Below, one piece after another: positions 9,423 through 18,204 of a DNA stretch of 64,000 bases. The position numbers and the translations under genes are program-made. Each line of letters begins with the position of its first letter. Positions within the stretch are counted from its first letter, which is position 1. This DNA is from Candidatus Melainabacteria bacterium 17Bon1m (GTDB taxonomy: Bacteria > Cyanobacteriota > Vampirovibrionia > Obscuribacterales > Obscuribacteraceae), in NCBI GenBank assembly GCA_032128875.1, contig JAVLKG010000011.1, positions 140,392 to 204,391 on the forward strand, written 5' to 3'. The notes beneath the pieces were generated by a model. The model worked only from the letters and a program-made list of their open reading frames with translations, searched no databases and was not told the origin of the DNA.

Positions 9423-10247
9423 CTAAAGTCCAAAGAATACTGTGCTCGAATCCGGGTTTGCAGAATCTCTGATGATTCTCAACTCTGTGTCGAATGCTGA
9501 TTGGAGATTCTCTCTGGTCAAAACGTCTTGAGGCGCCCCAGTGAATAACTGGGTGGACGGACCTTTTGGAGATTTTTTCAAGCAGACTACTTGATCGCAC
9601 ACTTGCGAGATGAAGTTCAAATCGTGCAGGCAAGTGATAATAGTCATCCCTTGCGATTTCAAATGCAGCATCAGTTGCATCAAGCTTTTCTGATGTTTGA
9701 AGTCGAGATGAGCAGTTGGTTCGTCCAGGAGCAAAATTTCCGGCTCTTGTGCAAGTGACATTGCAATCGCCGTCCTCTGACGTTCTCCGCCAGATATCTC
9801 AGATACTGATTTGCCGCGCAGGTCGCCTAGTTCTGTCGCTTTGATAGCATTCTCCAGAGCTGATTTGTCGTTGTGGTCGGTTCTCCATTGCCACCATTTC
9901 TGGTGCGGGTTTCTTCCCAGCGCAATCATGTCCTCGACGGTCAGCTCTCTTGAATTGGCGATATCTTGCGGTACATAAGCCAGTTTTTTCGCCAGTGATG
10001 CCAGCTCAAGCGAGGAGAGTTCCTTTCCTTCAATAATGACTCTTCCATCAATAGCTGGAATTAGTCTGGCAATTGTTTTCAATAAAGTCGATTTTCCCGC
10101 TCCATTGCCTCCCGCTATTGCCGTCACGGTTCCGCGTTGGACTTTGAGTGAAACACCTTGCACGACCGGTTTTGTATTAAATCCGGCTGAAAGATTTTCG
10201 AGTTCGAGAACATCAGTGTTTGCAATAGATATGTTCGAATCTTGCAT
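9423..10247 (-). CDS. FecE/BtuD-type iron-chelate/cobalamin ABC transporter ATPase
   Basis: Walker A GGNGAGKST, ISGGERQR, LLLDEPT, H-loop; start overlaps the permease stop (GTGATG, 10250-10245). Confidence 0.92.
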   Translation of the reverse strand: MQDSNISIANTDVLELENLSAGFNTKPVVQGVSLKVQRGTVTAIAGGNGAGKSTLLKTIARLIPAIDGRVIIEGKELSSLELASLAKKLAYVPQDIANSRELTVEDMIALGRNPHQKWWQWRTDHNDKSALENAIKATELGDLRGKSVSEISGGERQRTAIAMSLAQEPEILLLDEPTAHLDFKHQKSLMQLMLHLKSQGMTIITCLHDLNFISQVCDQVVCLKKSPKGPSTQLFTGAPQDVLTRENLQSAFDTELRIIRDSANPDSSTVFFGL

Positions 10248-11269
10248 CACACGTCCTCTCCTTTGCTCGTTGAGATCAAGTAGAGGAAAAACGGACCGCC
10301 GACAAGCGAGAGTAGCGTCCCGAGCGGAAGTTCTTGTCCTTGGCCGAGCGTGCGCGCGGCGAGATCTGACAGTGTTACGAGGACTGCTCCGATTAATGCC
10401 GAAGCGATGACCTCTATGCGCTCGTCGCGGACGAATAGCATACGTGCGAGATTCGGTGCAATAAGTCCGACGAAAGCGACTAGCCCGGAAGCAGAAACCG
10501 CAGCTCCACACATCAGTACCGCACAGGCTAAAAGCAGCCACTGAAGTTTGGAAACATCGACTCCAAGCGCTTGTGCTGTTTCATCGCCTAATGAAAGAAC
10601 GCGAATCTGTTTGCTAAGAAGCAGCGTTGCAATAATACCGCCTATGGTGTACAGCGATAGTGTTCCCAAATCACTCCAACCCCTTCCGGCAATTCCACCT
10701 GCCAGCCAGAAGATAATTCCTTGAGCTTGAGGCGCACCACCTGACTGAGTAATGATGAGCGTTATGAGCGAACCACAGACTGCCGATATCGCTACGCCGC
10801 CGAGGATCAATCTTGTTACGGAAAGTCCTCCGGCTCGCTTAGCCATTTGAGCGACCAAGAGTGCGGCAGCCAGTCCACCGATGAAAGCGCAGGCCGGCAT
10901 GAGACTGAAATTTAGTCCCAGGATTATTGCAAGCGCCACAGCCAGTCCGGCTCCGCTAGACACTCCCGTCAGGTAAGGATCGGCCAGAGCATTTCTAGAC
11001 AACGCTTGCAAAATATAGCCTGACACTGCCAGTGCGGCACCGACTGCGGTGGCAATCAATGTACGCGGCAAGCGAATTTGCGTGAGTATGTCGGCGACCC
11101 CAGGTGCTGATGCGCTCGAAGTACCGCCCATAATGAGCTCCAGCGCTTCCTTGGGCGCGACGAAGACGTCGCCGATACATACGGACGTGAGAAAGCCAGC
11201 AAAAAGTACGCCCGTTAGTACTACGAGCTTAAGGGCCATATTTGGTCTGGGGGATGCTGCGCTTGTCAT
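10247..11269 (-). CDS. FecCD/BtuC-family ABC permease
   Basis: IRLPR, RNALADPYLTGVSSGA, FVGLIAP, DLAAR, ELPLG...GGPFF. Confidence 0.93.
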   Translation of the reverse strand: MTSAASPRPNMALKLVVLTGVLFAGFLTSVCIGDVFVAPKEALELIMGGTSSASAPGVADILTQIRLPRTLIATAVGAALAVSGYILQALSRNALADPYLTGVSSGAGLAVALAIILGLNFSLMPACAFIGGLAAALLVAQMAKRAGGLSVTRLILGGVAISAVCGSLITLIITQSGGAPQAQGIIFWLAGGIAGRGWSDLGTLSLYTIGGIIATLLLSKQIRVLSLGDETAQALGVDVSKLQWLLLACAVLMCGAAVSASGLVAFVGLIAPNLARMLFVRDERIEVIASALIGAVLVTLSDLAARTLGQGQELPLGTLLSLVGGPFFLYLISTSKGEDV

Positions 11270-11365
11270 TGATTGCTGTACGTTGCAAGTAACGGATGAG
11301 ATACAGAATTCTACATCCTCTTAGGTGCGTGATACTATTTAGCACTTCCAATAGGTGTTACACAC

Positions 11366-12529
11366 GTGGCCATTTATCTGGACAACAGCGCAACTACGCC
11401 TGTCAGGCGTGAAGTAATTGACGAGATGCTTCCATTTTTGGAGAGCGACTTCGGCAATCCTTCGTCGATTCATTCGCACGGAATGAAAGCTGCCTCCGCA
11501 GTCAAACTCTCAAGGGAGCGCGTTGCCGGGCTTTTGGGCTGCATGCCTGCGGAAGTTTATTTCAGTCCCTGTGGCACCTACGCAAACAACGTCGCTATTC
11601 TCGGGCGTGCTCGTTTTGTAGAAGCTAATGATGGCGGCCGCCATCTAATCACGACTTCGATAGAGCATCCCTCAGTAATCGGACCTAGCCAACATTTGGA
11701 ATCGAGAGGCTGGCGCGTCACTTATTTGCCTGTAGACAAAGACGGCATCATCGACCTTGAGCAGTTGAAGAATGCAATTTCCAATGACACATCCATAATC
11801 TCAGTCATGTGGGCGAACAACGAGATTGGCTCTCTGCAACCGATCGAACAGATTGCGAAAGTTGCCCAAGAGCGCGGCATCTTTTTCCACACGGACGCCG
11901 TGCAAGTGCCCGGAAAATTGCCGATTGATGTAAGCAAACATTCTACTATTAGCGCTCTGTCTGTCTCCGGGCATAAATTCTATGCTCCGAAAGGTATTGG
12001 CGTACTTTATTTGAAGCAAGGGGAAAACGTCATGCCTACCGCTTTTGGGGGCGGTCAGGAGATGGGAATACTGCCGGGCACCGAGTCTGTCCCGAATATT
12101 GTCGCGATTGGAAAAGCTGCTGAGCTTGCGGCAAGCGAAGTTTTAGAAACCAGCAAAGCTCTGCGCAATTTGCAGCGTATTCTGCTGGAAAAGCTCATGC
12201 CAGTCGAAGGACTGCGAATCACTGGTCCCTGTGAAATTGAAAAAAGGTTGCCGGGTCATGTCAGTGTGGCGATTTCAGGAGCAGAGGGCGAATCTTTAGT
12301 AATGAAGTGCGACCTCAAAGGAATCAGCGTATCAAGCGGGTCGGCTTGCCACAAAGGGATAATTGAACCTTCCTCTGTATTGCGTGCGCTCAGACTTGCC
12401 GAATCCGAAGCTAGAGGTTCGTTGCGTATCTCTGCTGGACGTTTCAACACCATTGAAGAATGTGAGAAAGCCGCCGATCTAATTGCACAAATTGCCGCCA
12501 AGTCAGCTAAAACAGTCTCGGCAAATTAG
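11366..12529 (+). CDS. Cysteine desulfurase, IscS/NifS group I
   Basis: YLDNSATTP, GNPSS, HTDAVQ, SGHKFYAPKG (PLP Lys), SSGSAC (catalytic Cys). Confidence 0.95.
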   Translation: MAIYLDNSATTPVRREVIDEMLPFLESDFGNPSSIHSHGMKAASAVKLSRERVAGLLGCMPAEVYFSPCGTYANNVAILGRARFVEANDGGRHLITTSIEHPSVIGPSQHLESRGWRVTYLPVDKDGIIDLEQLKNAISNDTSIISVMWANNEIGSLQPIEQIAKVAQERGIFFHTDAVQVPGKLPIDVSKHSTISALSVSGHKFYAPKGIGVLYLKQGENVMPTAFGGGQEMGILPGTESVPNIVAIGKAAELAASEVLETSKALRNLQRILLEKLMPVEGLRITGPCEIEKRLPGHVSVAISGAEGESLVMKCDLKGISVSSGSACHKGIIEPSSVLRALRLAESEARGSLRISAGRFNTIEECEKAADLIAQIAAKSAKTVSAN

Positions 12530-13693
12530 TTAGTCGCTTCCTTTTGGCGCGCGTGGTATTACGCCGCTCACTGTGGCGCCGAGTTCTTTTGCTTTTGCAA
12601 CATCTTTGAGCTCAGCTTGAACATTGCCAACCTGCTTGTGAATTTGAGCGCGCAGTAAGTATCCTCGAGCATCTCTGGGGTGCGTTTTCAAATAATGATT
12701 AACATCAATCATCGCCTGGTGCGCTCGACCCAAGCCAAGATAGGACATTGCGCGTTCTAGAAAAACAGGTACTGTGGAATCTGTTTCTGCCAAACCATAG
12801 CGGATTGCCATCGTGTAGTCGCTGATGGCATTTTTGTAGTCTTTCATTAATCGATAAACACGACCACGATTGAAATAAATATGCGGAGTGCCATTTTTCC
12901 GCTGCGTTGCTTTATTAAAGTCTGCCAGTGCCGACTTGTAATCACCCATTTCTCCATATGCGCAGCCGCGGCTGTGGTAAGCATATGTGAGCGTCGGGTC
13001 CAAGTCGATTGCTGTTGTGTAATCGGCAATAGCAGCTTTGTACTCTTTGGTTTTAAATTTAACAGCACCTCTATAAAAGTAAGCGAGCGAATTTTTCTTG
13101 TCTTTACTAATTGCTGCGTTCAAGTCTTTGAGCGCCTTGTCATAACGATCTAGCTTGAAATACAATCCACCTCGCAATGTGATTGCTTCATTATTGCCGG
13201 GTTGTAACTTCAACGCATGATTGATGTCGTACTCGGCGCCCTGCAATTGCGAGACGCGCAAGAGAATCCGCGCGCGCTTATTGAACAGTTCCACCTTTTG
13301 CGGATTGAGAGTAATCGATTGATTGAGGTCGGCAACAGCACCTTCGTGATTGCGCTCTTCGCTGCGCAAATCCGCCCTCAGTGTGTGCAGGGGTTCGCTT
13401 GAACTGTTCTTTTCAATTGCTGCATTCAGTATTTGTATTGCGCGGTCAGGGTGTCCCGTGCTTTTTTGTTTTAGGGCTTCTTGCAGGCTTTGCTCGTCTT
13501 CTTTGCCGTGAAAATTGGCAATCGGTGCGGCCAGAGCTGCCGGGATAGCTGACGGAATAAAAGGATAGTTCGGGAATGAATAATCTTTCAAAAAGCCTGA
13601 CTGTGGCTGCTTTTCTGTTGTTGAAACGGTGAGCGCCGCAAGAACAACAATCGCGAATGGAGCAGTTATTTTCGAAGCACGAATTGCGATCAT
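12530..13693 (-). CDS. Exported TPR-repeat protein
   Basis: Hydrophobic N-terminus; repeated AY..RG...A..D...AI.L.P units. Confidence 0.88.
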   Translation of the reverse strand: MIAIRASKITAPFAIVVLAALTVSTTEKQPQSGFLKDYSFPNYPFIPSAIPAALAAPIANFHGKEDEQSLQEALKQKSTGHPDRAIQILNAAIEKNSSSEPLHTLRADLRSEERNHEGAVADLNQSITLNPQKVELFNKRARILLRVSQLQGAEYDINHALKLQPGNNEAITLRGGLYFKLDRYDKALKDLNAAISKDKKNSLAYFYRGAVKFKTKEYKAAIADYTTAIDLDPTLTYAYHSRGCAYGEMGDYKSALADFNKATQRKNGTPHIYFNRGRVYRLMKDYKNAISDYTMAIRYGLAETDSTVPVFLERAMSYLGLGRAHQAMIDVNHYLKTHPRDARGYLLRAQIHKQVGNVQAELKDVAKAKELGATVSGVIPRAPKGSD

Positions 13694-13761
13694 AATTGCT
13701 CTAATTTATGTGAGTTCCCTTGTGTGCTGCGTTATTTTAAGGCTGCGTTATTTACTTGCTG

Positions 13762-15330
13762 CTATGGTTTTGCTTTGCGGAACATATTAGCCAGCATAGC
13801 GAAAAGCCCTTTCGTTTTGCCGACTGGGAACGTGCCATGCAAAAGACCAATGCCGGCTTTTGCGACCTTTACGCGTGAATCGCCATACGGATACCACCAC
13901 ATTCTCTCCGAGCCTGACGGCGAGTCTATGTTGATATGTTTGATGTTGCAGAGATCTTGAAGTCCAAACTGCGAATGGCTTCTTCCGAAGCCGCTCTTTT
14001 TCAGTCCACCCCAGGGAAGTTGCGGCGCCGCATGAGAGAAGAGGCAGTCGTTCAACAGCACTGTGCCAACGTTCAGGTCTCTTGCGATACCTTCAGCACG
14101 CGCCAAATTCTTTCCCCACACCGTGGCAGTGAGACCGAATTCACTGTCATTGGCTAGTTCTACAGCTTCGTCCTCTGTGTCTACGACCATAATCGGCAAA
14201 ACAGGACCGAAGCTTTCTTTCTGCATGATAGCCATTTTGTGATTGACGCCTGTCAGTATCGTGGGTTCGTAGAAGAAGCCGCCAAGGTCATCTCGGCGGT
14301 TGCCACCAGCGATAACATTCGCTCCCAGAGCACGAGCTTCGTCTACGTGCGCGATTACCTTTTCCAACTGAATTTCATCAATCACCGGTCCCAGGTCGAC
14401 TGATGGATCGCCTGGATTGCCCAGCTTAAGCTCTTTTGTGTGATGGACAATTCGTTCGATCAGAGCATCGGTTTTTTTGCCTTTGATCAAATAGAGTCGT
14501 TCAATCGACGCACATGCCTGTCCTGCATTCGTGAATGCGCCCCAGACAATGCCTCTGGCTGTCCAATCTACCGGCGCATCAGGCAGCACAATGGCAGCGT
14601 CTTTGCCGCCCAATTCCAGAGTGACTGGCGTTAGATGAGGTGCCGCTTGTGCCATCACCTTCATGCCACCTTCAACCGAGCCGGTAAAGATGAGTTTGGC
14701 TAATTTGCAGTTTGAGAGATGCTCTCCGGTTGTGCGGTCACCTGTGATGACACTGACGACATCTTTTGGAAAACCAGCAGCCTCGAAAAGTTCTCCTATT
14801 TTGATCCCTACCAGGGGTGACTTTTCCGAGGGCTTCAGCACAACCGTGTTGCCGAGCATCACCGCCATCAGAATTGTCATCATTGGAATAGAAAACGGAT
14901 AATTCCATGGCGCTATCACGCCAATCACACCCAACGGTTCGAACGCAATCAGGCTTTGCTTGCTGGAAAGCAGCGGATTCGGAAGCTGAACCATCTGGTC
15001 TTTCAACATTCTCTCGGCGTTTTCACTGAGCCAAACGCAGGTGTCAAGCGGACCGGTAAGTTCGGAGAGGTAGCTTTCCACTCTTGGTTTGCCGACTTCG
15101 CGGCAGATGAGGTCTGCAATCTCATCTTGCTTTCTTTCAATAACTCGGCGCAATTCGAGAATTTTGCGTGCCCGCTTGTGATATTCGAGGACGTTCCAAT
15201 TCTCAAAAGCCGCCCAGCTGCGCGCCACGGCAGCTTGAACCTCTGCTTGTCCGAGCACCGGTACTTCACCCAAAACCTCTTTAGTGGCTGGGTTTATAGA
15301 AACAATCGTAGCTGTTTGACTGGCGACCAT
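13762..15330 (-). CDS. NAD(P)-dependent aldehyde dehydrogenase
   Basis: PWNYP, KPSE, FTGS, LELGGKD, NAGQAC, ESFGP, WGGLKKSGFG; probable start MVASQ at 15330. Confidence 0.95.
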   Translation of the reverse strand: MVASQTATIVSINPATKEVLGEVPVLGQAEVQAAVARSWAAFENWNVLEYHKRARKILELRRVIERKQDEIADLICREVGKPRVESYLSELTGPLDTCVWLSENAERMLKDQMVQLPNPLLSSKQSLIAFEPLGVIGVIAPWNYPFSIPMMTILMAVMLGNTVVLKPSEKSPLVGIKIGELFEAAGFPKDVVSVITGDRTTGEHLSNCKLAKLIFTGSVEGGMKVMAQAAPHLTPVTLELGGKDAAIVLPDAPVDWTARGIVWGAFTNAGQACASIERLYLIKGKKTDALIERIVHHTKELKLGNPGDPSVDLGPVIDEIQLEKVIAHVDEARALGANVIAGGNRRDDLGGFFYEPTILTGVNHKMAIMQKESFGPVLPIMVVDTEDEAVELANDSEFGLTATVWGKNLARAEGIARDLNVGTVLLNDCLFSHAAPQLPWGGLKKSGFGRSHSQFGLQDLCNIKHINIDSPSGSERMWWYPYGDSRVKVAKAGIGLLHGTFPVGKTKGLFAMLANMFRKAKP

Positions 15331-15468
15331 CTTGCAATCCTGCATATGCCGGTTCTGCCCACACGCAAAAGAACCGCCCTCTGAATTGTATCTGCCCAAT
15401 CCTATAAGGTGTGCCCGGGCAATGCGGTTCATTAGCTGGCTATTTTATCTGAATGCAGCGCCAACGTT

Positions 15469-16773
15469 CTATTTGTGCCCCATTCCTTCTTTTGCTTTGG
15501 CTTCATAATCGATACCAAGAGCCTTTAGCCCCGGTACCTTCTGGCATTCCTTCGCTTCTGCAAGCGCGTCTTCGAAGCGACCGGCTTTAATGAAAGCGTC
15601 AGCCAGGCAGCTGTGAACGACCAAAAGGCTTTGATCTCCGGCCAGGGCTTGCTCGAAATTCTTTATTGCCTCTTCTGTTTCATTTCGATGCGACGCCAAT
15701 TTTCCTTTGGCCAGAAGGCAGAGCGGACGTCTCTCACCCTTCTCGCCGATCTTTTTGAGGCACAGTTCAGACTCGTCCACGTTGCCCTGGTCGCTCAGGA
15801 TCATCGATTTGACCGACAAAATATCTGCGTCATCGGGCGAAGCGCTGAGCAGAACGTCTACGGTGTTACGTGCTTCATCCAGGCTGTTAGAGAAAAGTTG
15901 TCCGAGCGCTTTGGCTTTGAGTGCCGACGTCGACTTCGGATATTTATCCAGTGCTTTATTCGCGGCTTGGACAGCCTCACTGTAGGCTCCGACGGACAGC
16001 ACTTCGGTTGCTAGTTGGTCGAAAAATTCAGGCGGGTCGGCATCGGAGGCGAGCAAGCGGGTCACTTCGTTCTTTAGTGCGTCTGACCTGCCTGTCACTT
16101 GCAAGCTGTGCAAAGTGCGGAATTTCGCTTTTCTTGATTGCGGGTCTAGAATTGCAGCTTTTTCTCCGCACTGTTTGGCTTTGTCCATTTCGTTGAGGCG
16201 CCCATAAAGCTCGCTCAGGCTAGACCAAGCGTCGTAGGAAGTTGGATCGATTTCTGTAATCCGCACAAACTCGTCTTTGGCTGAGGATGTCTTATCCAGC
16301 GCCATCAAGGTCAGCGCATGTTGCATGTGAGCAGCAGTAGAGTTGGGGGAAATCTGGCAGGCAATTTTCGCTTCTGCTTCGGCTTCTGCTTTGGCATTTC
16401 CCAAGCGCAAAAGAATCGTCGAAAGAAGCAGGTGAAGCTGGGTATTGTGCATGCACTTTGGCGACCATGTGCGCAGAAGGTCGGCTGCTTCGGTGTTTTT
16501 CTGTCCTGCAAACAGTGTCGCCGCTTTTGCGACTGCGTCTCGGCACCCAGGTTCGTCTTTGCCATATGACGGTGCTGCTGGTTCGGCTTCAACCTCGACT
16601 TTCTTTTTGGCAAAAGCCGGCAGGCTGGATGAAACCAATGGCAGTGCGATGGATAAAACTATTGTGGCAACGGTCGCAGAAATCGGTGAATTCGCGTGCC
16701 AGCCGTGCTTTCCGTAATTCATTGTTTTAGCAAATCCCCAATATGTACAGTCATTGAGCATAGCCCATTTCAC
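15469..16773 (-). CDS. Exported TPR-repeat protein
   Basis: Signal-like segment ending AFA, then helical TPR-like repeats; true start probably downstream of 16773. Confidence 0.8.
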   Translation of the reverse strand: MKWAMLNDCTYWGFAKTMNYGKHGWHANSPISATVATIVLSIALPLVSSSLPAFAKKKVEVEAEPAAPSYGKDEPGCRDAVAKAATLFAGQKNTEAADLLRTWSPKCMHNTQLHLLLSTILLRLGNAKAEAEAEAKIACQISPNSTAAHMQHALTLMALDKTSSAKDEFVRITEIDPTSYDAWSSLSELYGRLNEMDKAKQCGEKAAILDPQSRKAKFRTLHSLQVTGRSDALKNEVTRLLASDADPPEFFDQLATEVLSVGAYSEAVQAANKALDKYPKSTSALKAKALGQLFSNSLDEARNTVDVLLSASPDDADILSVKSMILSDQGNVDESELCLKKIGEKGERRPLCLLAKGKLASHRNETEEAIKNFEQALAGDQSLLVVHSCLADAFIKAGRFEDALAEAKECQKVPGLKALGIDYEAKAKEGMGHK

Positions 16774-16824
16774 TTCTGGGTGCCTTCATTTGCACGGGTT
16801 ATCAACATGTCCTAAACTGAAGCA

Positions 16825-17997
16825 TTGGCAAAGCTGACCGAATCGACGATGGCAAATTTATTGGAAACTCGGCACCCTGCTTCGGGAAATCAAAAGCGAA
16901 ATCTTTCAGGTTCGTCGAACTTGCTGCTAGTTTGTGCCTTTTGTTTGGCACTTGTTACCATGCAACCAGCGCTTGCAGACAAGGCTGACAGCAGCAGCGA
17001 AGACCTGCTTCAGAAAGCGGAAAAACTCTATCTCGAAAGAAAGATGGGTGAAGCCGCAAGTTATCTGAACACGGTCATTTCTGCCGACGCCAAGAACGGT
17101 CGTGCGCATAATTTGCTCGGCAAGATTTATCATCGGCAAGGAAAAGTAGAACTCGCAATGGCCGAGTATCACAAAGCAATTGACAGTGATGCGCGCCTGG
17201 CAGATGCTCGTTATAACTTGGGTGTTGCACTTATTGACCAGGACAATTTCAGAGAGGCCGAGCGCTATCTTGATGATGCCGTCAGGCTTGACGGGCGCTC
17301 AGCTGAAGCTCACTACAATCTGGGACTTTGCGCCGACAATTTAGAGAAGTACGAAAAAGCGTTGGACGAGTTTCAAAAGGCAGTGAAGATTGATCCAGCG
17401 ACTGCGGAAATGCGTTATTGCCTCGGGCGCGCTTATTACAAGATGAAGATGTTCGACAAAGCCGTTGAGGAGTACAAAGCGGCGCTGAACATCAACCCGA
17501 AATATGTTGAAGCGCATAACAATCTTGGTGTCGCATATAGTGACCTGGGTAAGTATCCTGAGTCGATTGCTGAGTTTCAGATTGCTCTTAAAATAGAGCC
17601 TAATTATCCGGAAGCTCAGCGCAATCTTGGATACGCTCAAGCGCACACCAGTCTTGGTATCACTTATTTCAAGCAGGGGAATGCTCGAAAAGCGTTCGAA
17701 GAATACAGAAAGGCTATTAAGATAGATCCTGAGTTCGCCGATGCGCACTACAACCTCGGCATTTACTATCAACAGCAAGGGCAGATTACAACAGCGATTG
17801 GGCACTATCAGGCTGCAATCAAGTTCGACCCCAAAAATGCTCAGGCGCACAATAATTTGGGCGTCGCTTACTCGCGTTTGGGCAAACGCGATCTGGCTGA
17901 AGCAGAATATCGCCAGGCTTTGAAACTGAAACCGGACTATCGCGAAGCAAATGAGAATCTGCAGTCGTTAAAACTCGGACCGGGCGCAAGAAGGTAG
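16825..17997 (+). CDS. Exported TPR-repeat protein
   Basis: Signal segment ending ALA-D; near-consensus TPRs (AHYNLG, AHNNLG); start uncertain. Confidence 0.9.
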   Translation: MAKLTESTMANLLETRHPASGNQKRNLSGSSNLLLVCAFCLALVTMQPALADKADSSSEDLLQKAEKLYLERKMGEAASYLNTVISADAKNGRAHNLLGKIYHRQGKVELAMAEYHKAIDSDARLADARYNLGVALIDQDNFREAERYLDDAVRLDGRSAEAHYNLGLCADNLEKYEKALDEFQKAVKIDPATAEMRYCLGRAYYKMKMFDKAVEEYKAALNINPKYVEAHNNLGVAYSDLGKYPESIAEFQIALKIEPNYPEAQRNLGYAQAHTSLGITYFKQGNARKAFEEYRKAIKIDPEFADAHYNLGIYYQQQGQITTAIGHYQAAIKFDPKNAQAHNNLGVAYSRLGKRDLAEAEYRQALKLKPDYREANENLQSLKLGPGARR

Positions 17998-18017
17998 GCG
18001 CCCACGTCTATTGTCGC

Positions 18018-18144
18018 AAAAAGGCAGCACGACTACCTGCCACCAAATGAGTGCACAGAGCCCCTCCAGTTGCGCGAGGGCCCTAGGCAACACTCGCGCA
18101 TAGGGCGTGGCACTCGCTTCACCGGGCAGTGCGCAAAATCCTAT
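18018..18144 (-). ncRNA. Candidate structured small RNA (~127 nt)
   Basis: Perfect sigma70 hexamers upstream, a long irregular hairpin, and a GGCAG/CTGCC stem plus U5 at the 3' end; no family recognised. Confidence 0.6.
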
Positions 18145-18150
18145 ATATGC

Positions 18151-18178
18151 ATTATACATACAATCGTATGGGTGTCAA
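18151..18178 (-). promoter_or_regulatory. Consensus sigma70 promoter with a palindrome in the spacer
   Basis: TTGACA (18178-18173), 16 nt, TATAAT (18156-18151); CATAC-N4-GTATG at 18157-18170. Confidence 0.75.
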
Positions 18179-18204
18179 ACAGAGTTAATGATGCAGGCGC
18201 GTTT

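Noticed and set aside
10250-10541. Long N-terminal extension of the ABC ATPase
   Set aside because: It overlaps the permease in another frame; the real start is coupled to the permease stop.
11270-11365. Cobalamin riboswitch upstream of the BtuCD-like genes
   Set aside because: The gap is only 96 nt and has no B12-box motif.
17968-18159. 63-aa ORF MYNAYIG...
   Set aside because: Its start lies inside the promoter itself, with no SD; a non-coding RNA explains the region better.
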